A stretch of 64,000 nt of DNA from Mizuhopecten yessoensis (taxonomy: Eukaryota). Of the stretch, positions 55,565 through 64,000 are shown one piece after another. Made by a program: the position numbers and the translations under genes. The DNA lies in the NCBI RefSeq assembly GCF_002113885.1, contig NW_018405000.1, positions 316,436-380,435 of the forward strand. The letters run 5' to 3'. Each line of letters begins with the position of its first letter. Position 1 is the first letter of the stretch. Below the pieces are notes generated by a model. That model saw only the letters and a list, made by a program, of their open reading frames with translations, ran no database searches and was not told where the DNA came from.

Positions 55565-56215
55565 AGTTAACCTTTCTTATCTGACATATTCTTTGACACA
55601 AAATATGAAATCAACCTGTCTAATCAAATGCCCTGATGGACACAACATGTTTTTTCAGGTTAACCTGTCTTATCTGACACCCTGTGGGACTACATAACAC
55701 ATTAGTCAGGTTAACCTGTCTTATCTGACACCCTTTGGGACACAAATTGGCCAAATTAACCGGTCAAATCTGCTACCCTGTGGGACACAACATATTGGTC
55801 ATGTTAACCTGTCTAATCTGACACCCTGTGTGACACAACCTGTCTAATATGACACCCTGTGGGACACAATGTATTGGTCAGGTTAACCTGTCTAATATGA
55901 CACCCTGTGGGACACAACATATTGGTCAGATTAACCTGTCTAATCAGACACCATTTGGGACACAACTTATTGGTCAGGTTAACCTGTTTAATATGACACC
56001 CTGTCGGGCACAGCATATGTCAGATTAACCTGTCTAACCCGACATCATGTAGGACACAACATGTAAGTCAGGTTAACCTGTCTAATCTGATGCCCTGTGG
56101 GACAACTTTTTGGTCAGGTTAACCTGTCTAATCTGACAGCCTGTGGGACACAACTTATTGGTCAGATTAACCTGTCTAATCTGAAAGTCTGTGGGACACA
56201 ACTTATTGGTCCGAT
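55565..56215. repeat. Diverged about 50-bp minisatellite (caggttaacctgtctaatctgacaccctgtgggacacaac...)
   Basis: Tandem periodicity, degenerate. Confidence 0.88.
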
Positions 56216-56612
56216 TATTCTGCATTATTTGTCTTAGTCTAGATGGATAATAAAGGCTTTCAATAAGCTTTCCAAGGGAAGAGTTCTCTCATAGGATTTA
56301 CTGTACCTATAAAATAATGCACAAAACATTTGACAAATCAGTTCAACTCCATATTGCAAAACCATAAATTAAAACTTTTTAAACATCTCATACAGAAAAG
56401 ATGCCAGAGGCATTTTGTTCAGGTCTCTCAAACAACAAAAGAGGCAGGAAGAGGAAGCAGGTTAATTTGCTGTAATACTTTGTACACTTGCTAAGTAGGT
56501 CATTAAGTATAAACAGTTAATACTCCACACCAGATGTCTGAACAAATTACACAAATTGCTCGTTATCTTCAAAAGACATGTCATTAGGAGTTTGGTTTTG
56601 TAACATACAGAA

Positions 56613-59592
56613 AGCAGCACTGTAAGGTACTGGAGTATCAGGCTGGGCCCTGTACTGTGAGCTACTGAAGAATCCAGCAGGGGAGTTGTACTCTGAGCTA
56701 CTGGAGTATTAGGCTGGGAACAGTAATCTGAGCTGCTGGAGTATTAGGCTGGGAACAGTACTCTGGCCTAATACTCCAGCAGCTCAGAGTATTGTTCCCA
56801 GCCTAATCCTCCAGCAGCTCAGATTACTGTTCCCTAGCCTAATACTCCAGAAGCTCAGAGTACAACTCTAATACTCCAGCAGATCAGATTACTGTTCCCC
56901 AGCCTACTACTCCAGCAGGCAATAGTACTGTTCCCAGCCTTATACTCCAGCAGCTTAGAATCCTGTTCCCAGCCTAATGCTCCAGCAGCTCAGATTCCTG
57001 TTCCCAGCCTTATACTCCAGCAGCTGAGAGTACTGTTCCCAGCCTACTACTCCAGCAGGCAATAGTACTGTTCCCATCCTAATATTCCAGCAGGCCAGAG
57101 GACTGTTCCCCAGCCTAATGCTCCAGCAGGCCAGAGTACTGTTCTCAGCCTAATACTCCAGAAGCTCAGAGTACAACCCCCCTGCTGGATTCTACAGTAG
57201 CTCACAGTACAGGGCTCAGCCTGATACTCCAGCAGATCAGATTACTTTTCCCAGCCTTATACTCCAGCAGCTTAGAGTTCTGTTCCCAGCCTAATTCTCC
57301 AGCAGGCCAGAGGACTGTTCCCAACCTAATACTCCAGCCGACCAGAATACTGTTCCTAGCCTGATACTCCAGCAGATCAGATTACTGTTCCCTAGCCTAA
57401 TACTCCAGAAGCTCAGAGTACAACTCTAATACTCCAGCAGATCAGATTACTTTTCCCAGCCTTATACTCCGGCAGCTTAGAGTACTGTTCCCATCCTAAT
57501 TCTCCAGCAGATCAGAGGATTGTTCCCAGCCTAATACTGCAGCAGCTCAGAGTATTGTTCCAAGCCTAATACTACCGCAGCTCAGAGTACTGGTCCCAGC
57601 CTAATACTCTAGCAGGCCAGAGTACTATTTTCAAACCTAATACTCCAGCAGCTTAGAATCCTGTTCCCAGCCTTATACTCCGGCAGCTTAGAGTACTGTT
57701 CCCAGCGTAATACTCCAGCAGGCCAAAATACTGTTCCCAGCCTATTATTCCAGCAGCTCAGAGTATTGTTCCAAGCCTAATACTACCGCAGCTCAGAGTA
57801 CTGTTCCCGGCCTATTACTCCAGCAGGCCATAGTACTGTTCGCAGCCTAATACTCCAGTAGCTCCGAGTACAACTCCCCTGCCGGATTCTTCAGTAGCTC
57901 CCAGTACAGGGCCCAGGCTGGTACTCCAGTCCCTTACAGTGCTGCTGGAGTATTGGGCTGGGAACAGTATTCTGAGCTGCTTGAGTATCAGGCTGGGAAC
58001 AGTATTCTGGCCTGCTGGAGTATTAGGTTTGAAAACAGTACTCTGGCCTGCTGGAGTATTAGGTTGGGAACAGTACTCTGGCCTGCTGGAGTATTAGGAT
58101 GGGAACAGTACTATGGCCTGCTGGAGTATAAGGCTGGGAACAGTAATCTGATCTGCTGGAGTATTAGGCTGGGAACAGTACTCTGGCCTGCTGGAGTATT
58201 AGGCTGGGAACAGTACTCTGGCCTGCTGGAGTATTAGGCTGGGAACAGTACTCTGGCCTGCTGGAGTATTAGGCTGGGAACAGTACTCTGGCCTGCTGGA
58301 GTATTAGGCTGGGAACAGTACTCTGGCCTGCTGGAGTATTAGGCTGGGAACAGTACTCTGGCCTGCTGGAGTATTAGGCTGGGAACAGTACTCTGGCCTG
58401 CTGGAGTATTAGGCTGGGAACAGTACTCTGAGCTGCTGGAGTATTAGGCTGGGGAACAGTACTCTGGCCTGCTGGAGTATTAGGCTGGGAACAGTACTCT
58501 GAGCTGCTGGAGTATTAGGCTGGGAACAGTACTCTGAGCTGCTGGAGTATTAGGCTGGGAACAGTACTCTGAGCTGCTGGAGTATTAGGCTGGGAACAGT
58601 ACTCTGAGCTGCTGGAGTATTAGGCTGGGAACAGTACTCTGAGCTGCTGGAGTATTAGGCTGGGAACAGTACTCTGAGCTGCTGGAGTATTAGGCTGGGA
58701 ACAGTACTCTGAGCTGCTGGAGTATTAGGCTGGGAACAGTACTCTGGCCTGCTGGAGTAATAGGCTGGGAACAGTACTCTGAGCTGCTGGAGTATTAGGC
58801 TGGGAACAGTACTCTGAGCTGCTGGAGTATTAGGCTGGGAACAGTACTCTGAGCTGCTGGAGTATTAGGCTGGGAACAGTACTCTGGCCTGCTGGAGTAT
58901 TAGGCTGGGAACAGTACTCTGAGCTGCTGGAGTATTAGGCTGGGAACAGTACTCTGAGCTGCTGGAGTATTAGGCTGGGAACAGTATTCTGAGCTGCTGG
59001 AGTATCAGGCTGGGAACAGTACTCTGGCCTGCTGGAGTATTAGGCTGGGAACAGTACTCTGGCCTGCTGGAGTATTAGGCTGGGAACAGTACTCTGAGCT
59101 GCTGGAGTATTAGGCTGGGAACAGTACTCTGAGCTGCTGGAGTATTAGGCTGGGAACAGTATTCTGAGCTGCTGGAGTATCAGGCTGGGAACAGTACTCT
59201 GGCCTGCTGGAGTATTAGGCTGGGAACAGTACTCTGGCCTGCTGGAGTATTAGGCTGGGAACAGTACTCTGAGCTGCTGGAGTATTAGGCTGGGAACAGT
59301 ACTCTGAGCTGCTGGAGTATTAGGCTGGGAACAGTACTCTGAGCTGCTGGAGTATTAGGCTGGGAACAGTACTCTGAGCTGCTGGAGTATTAGGCTGGGA
59401 ACAGTACTCTGAGCTGCTGGAGTATTAGGCTGGGGAACAGTACTCTGGCCTGCTGGAGTATTAGGCTGGGAACAGTACTCTGGCCTGCTGGAGTATTAGG
59501 CTGGGAACAGTACTCTGGCCTGCTGGAGTATTAGGCTGGGAACAATACTCTGATCTGCTGGAGTATCAGGTTAGGGAGCAGTACTCTGATCT
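56613..59592. repeat. 35-bp minisatellite (ctggagtattaggctgggaacagtactctggcctg) with a large internal inverted block at 56766-57946
   Basis: Forward, then reverse-complement, then forward orientation. Confidence 0.97.
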
Positions 59593-59629
59593 ATTTATGA
59601 TTGCCTGCTATTTTTGCGCTAGATGGAAT

Positions 59630-59710
59630 TTCCCTAAAGCTTGATGGGTAGAGCAGCAGCTGGGAAGCTTGAAGTTTGGGGGTTCAATCCCCCAGTGGAA
59701 GTACACAGCT
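59630..59710 (+). mobile_element. Degenerate tRNA-like SINE head
   Basis: A-box-like aagcttgatgggtagagc and B-box ggttcaatccc. Confidence 0.4.
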
Positions 59711-60189
59711 TTCCTTTTACACATGCAATACATTTCTGATTCGATTTAAAATAAACAGGCATTGTTATGTTGTTGCTGATTTTGAAACATGATGAAAAAT
59801 ATGGGAAAGTACAGCTTTATGGCACCACTCAAAAGCTAGTTACCATGCTAGCTATTTACCATAGTTACTACATAGCATTGGACCGAATGGACGACAAGAT
59901 GCTCTCTAAAACTAAATTAGAGGTTGATACTTCTGAAATATCTAACCAATATCATTGAATTCATGACAACATGATAACCTTATGTTAGTAGGAGTTAGCT
60001 GAGACAATGAGCAATAATTCTCAGTACAGATTCTCCAGGTCAAGGCCAGGTTAATGAGAATCCTGGAGCCTGTCTCATACAAGGTATATAGAGAATTACA
60101 TTATTGTATTTGAGACTGGTAGTGAGGTTTATACCTTACACCTGCAGCTGCTCACCTGTCTGATCGCGATAACAGAAACACAACAAACT

Positions 60190-60955
60190 GACAGACATCT
60201 CAGAGACATTACAGCCAGCCGACAGACATGTCTACCTGTCAGACACATTACAGCCAGCCAACAGACATGTCTTCCTGTGAGACACATTACAGCAAACAGA
60301 CATGTCTACCAGTCAGACACATTATAGCCAGCAAACAGACATGTCTACCTGTCAGACACATTACAGCCAATATACATGTCTACCTGTCAGAGACATTACC
60401 GCCACCAGACATGTCTACCTGTCAGACATATTACAGCCAGCAAACAGACATGTCTATCTGTAAGACACATTACAGCCAATATACATGTCTACCTGTCAGA
60501 TACATGACCGCCAACAGACATGTCTACCTGTGAGACACATTACAGCCAACAGACATGTCTACCTGTGAGTCACACCCAGCCAACAGACATGTCTACCTGT
60601 CAGACCCATTACAGCCAGCCAACAGACATGTCTTCCTGTGAGACACATTACAGCCAACAGACATGTCTACCTGTCAGACACATTACAGCCAGCAAACAGA
60701 CATGTCTATCTGTCAGACACATTACAGCCAATATACATGTCTACCTGTGAGTCACAGTCAGCCAACAGACATGTCTATCTGTGAGTCACAGCCAGCCAAC
60801 AGACATGTCTATCTGTCAGGCACATTATAGCCAGCAGACATGTCTACCTGTCAGAAACATTACAGTCAACAGACATGTCTACCTGTCAGAGACATTACAA
60901 CCAGCCAACAGACATGTCTACCTGTCAGAGACATTACAACCAGCCAACAGATATG
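60190..60955. repeat. About 38-42-bp minisatellite (acagacatgtctacctgtcagacacattacagcc...)
   Basis: Tandem periodicity, degenerate. Confidence 0.92.
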
Positions 60956-62633
60956 CCTAACACTCAAATCTTCTTTAATTTTGACTTCTTTTTTTACATC
61001 TATAGCATACATATAGATCTACTGAAGCATTTAAAAAAATTGGATACTAGATAATAATACAGTTATTCTATAACATGGCCTATACAATCCAGCAGCCCTA
61101 CAAGACATGAAGTACACTGTGTCTGTAGCATTTATCCAGACCTTGTCCAATGAAACTAGGCCATCAACCCTTCAGTTTGCATCTCCACAGCCTTACAGAA
61201 ACACCTCTTGGCCTCTATCCCAACATGCATGCACTAATTCATTGGAGGTAATAGATATGTTATATTCAGGGAAGAATAAAAAGGGTTACCTTGGAAATTC
61301 ATTTCAACAGAACTTATAAATTAATTCTATTTCTGACTCAATCAACATGTGGAAAGATTAAACCAAACGATAACCTGCTTCCAAGTGTTTTATACCGTAA
61401 CCTATCACATACATCAGCAGCGCAAACATTCACCTGAAATATGTATGTTCTTGTTGCACGCCACTAGGTTATACCTATGGGTGCTGTTTATTGAGCCCCC
61501 GTATGGGGCCCCAATGGATTATGTCGATTATAATTTACACCCCTGCCACATCTATATTTCTTGTGATGCCCTGGTGAATCAGTTACAGAGAGTAATTACT
61601 GTCAGTCGTTGGGGCCTCATGTAGGGGCTAAAAAACAGCCTTGTACTACTACAAATTTCCCTAAGGAAGATAATGTAGAACGCTATTCCAACTCAAACAT
61701 AAATATGGTTTAGTGGACAAACAGTAACTACCGAGGTTACACACTTTAAGGATACTAAAATGCTATCAGCTGACTATTCCTTTCACTTCCCAGAAGTTAA
61801 GCTAACCATAAACGAGAGAAATCAAACTTGTGCTTGCTTCATCAACTGAATTCTATGAAAATATGTATTGTTTGTTTAGTAAATATTTCTGATACAACAA
61901 TTCCCAGAACTAACTTGTTGACAGACAGCTGGAGCTGTGATGATGTCAGATGATGATGCAGTGCTGTCATTACCAGTCCACTGCCACCCTGCTACACTAA
62001 TTACTACAGTACTATCATCCTTTTGACCCCTGTTATTCTAGTGACCTCTGACAAGATATTCCGGAGCACAAACAGCCTGGCAGTATAGTTCTGACACCTC
62101 ATCAGGTGTGTCTATATTGTGAGTAATTAGGTGATAATACCCAGACAATGTGGAAGGTAAGCAGAAAAACACCTACATTGTAACCAGTTCTACTAGAGTA
62201 CAGCAAACCTATGGAACCTTCAATAAAACAAGGTTGTGAGGAGGGTATAAACCAGAAGGTCATTAACACATAATTTCTAGTTATGTTTGTCAACACATGA
62301 GGGGAATATCTAACGTAAAATCTAATCAGAAATGAACATATTATCATATCAAAAGTCAGGATAATATCAACCAATCAAAACACAAAAATTCAGGAGTCAG
62401 GACATATTTTTTTTTTAATAAAGGGACATAAGTCTGCAAATGAAAAAGAGGCTAACTTATCACATTCTAAACGTTGGTACACATTTGCATCTAATAATGA
62501 CTACCATTTAAGTCACACTTGTAAGTTAGGAGAAGTTGTCAAAATAGTTACATATAACTATTTATTTTTTAAAGAAAGAGACATGTTTTATCAAAGAAGG
62601 TGAAAAGTAACATTTGAATCGGGTGCACGAACT

Positions 62634-62897
62634 ATACAGTTTCTGTTCATGTTACTTATTTTTATTGAACCATATAAATACTGTTCATGTTACTTAATTT
62701 TATTGAACCATGCATATGCTGTTCATGTTACTTATTTTTATTGAACCATATAAATACTGTTCATGTTACTTAATTTTATTGAACCATGCAGATTCTGTTC
62801 ATGTTACTTATTTTTATTGAACCATACAGATTCTGTTCATGTTACTTATTTTTATTGAACCATATATATACAGTTCATGTTACTTATTTTTATTGAA
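62634..62897. repeat. 37-bp minisatellite, 7 copies
   Basis: Unit ctgttcatgttacttatttttattgaaccatataaata and variants. Confidence 0.93.
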
Positions 62898-64000
62898 GAC
62901 ATTCTAGCGGCTTAAGGCTTATTCTTGTGACAAGTTTTGAAAACAAGGGGGCAGTTACTGACACTCTTAAAACCAGGAGGAAATTAAAATTCGTAAAAAA
63001 GTGCACAAGTACATGATGAATTGGTGTTGTGTCAGAAGATTTTATCAAAACAGTTTTGGAAATTAGAAGATGTCGAGAAAAAATTCTAGGAAGAGACACA
63101 AAATCACTCATCCCAAAGGCTGTATTAGATCTTCTAATCATTTCAATAAGATCAAAATAGCAATGGTCACTCTTCAACTGAATCAGCATGGAGTCCACTT
63201 AAAATGCCACTAGATGATGTGTCAAAGTGTTTTGCAATAATAACAAATTTTTGGAAGACATTTGGTTTTTTAAAGATATTTCCTAGTACATGTACACCAG
63301 AGAAGCTGACCCCAGTAGATAAAGAGGGATCATACCAAAGCAGTTGAAGAAGACCACCTCATTGACCTGCTTGACTATCATCTAAACAACACATGTTTTA
63401 GAGAAAAACCTTTTTCATGATATTTTTCCTGCTATATTGCTTGTGTCTTCCAATCAATACTTAACCACAAAGACAAAAAGGGGTTCAAGCTTGTCTCAAC
63501 ACTGAACTCATTTCCCTCAAATCACTTCCATGAGCTTTTACACTGGCAATATTCAACTATTAATTTTCCAGTAAACACATTCTAAGTAACACAAAGTAAT
63601 GATAAGTACTGAAATGAACTGAAAATCTCTGGAAGAGAATCTAAAAACCCTCATGTTACTGAAAACCCCTATTGATGATATCCTAAATTTGTAATTGTGA
63701 TGCTATTTTCTGTTACTGATTTGGCATTATTTCCACTGTTGTATGCTTACATTAGCTTATTCCATTTTGTGTTGTAAATAACACAGGTTACACTTAGTTG
63801 TTAATGTTGACTGGAGTAGAAATGGAAGATTATTAACAATAGGTACATTAAAGTACACTGTGACTGAAGCAACATCTAACAAACATGACATGTCAGTTTA
63901 CTAAAGTTAATGTACTTAGAATATATGGATGAAACACATTTTCAGGGGAATCAAAAGGACACAACAAATTGAATTGTAGAATACTTAAAACCAACCACTA

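Noticed and set aside
62890-63198. 102-aa minus-strand ORF
   Set aside because: No recognisable domain and no convincing splice sites.

Overview
This is eukaryotic DNA: AT-rich and intron-dominated, with three N gaps. The repeat content suggests a bivalve mollusc (inference). One minus-strand protein-coding gene crosses the window as five phase-compatible GT-AG exons (39845-39763, 13259-13163, 9199-8857, 2459-2269, 2043-1931). They splice into a stop-free, Ser/acidic-rich, disordered-looking segment containing RRRSWG and KSMSLNSL motifs, reminiscent of the pre-DH region of Lbc-family RhoGEFs (AKAP13/ARHGEF18/ARHGEF28; weak inference). There are three candidate alternative first exons. Roughly a third of the window (about 22 kb by my hand tally) consists of about 25 mutually unrelated minisatellite arrays. 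Also present are several non-autonomous Helentron-type (HINE/pearl-like) elements, some nested, a tRNA-derived SINE, and small MITEs. The most unusual observation is that two exons of the same gene have their 5' splice site amplified into tandem arrays of about 24 and about 27 donor copies, where only the first copy keeps the frame open. There is also an inverted-triplication structure inside a 35-bp array. Nearly all long ORFs in the supplied track are repeat artefacts. There are no CRISPR, rRNA or prokaryotic features.
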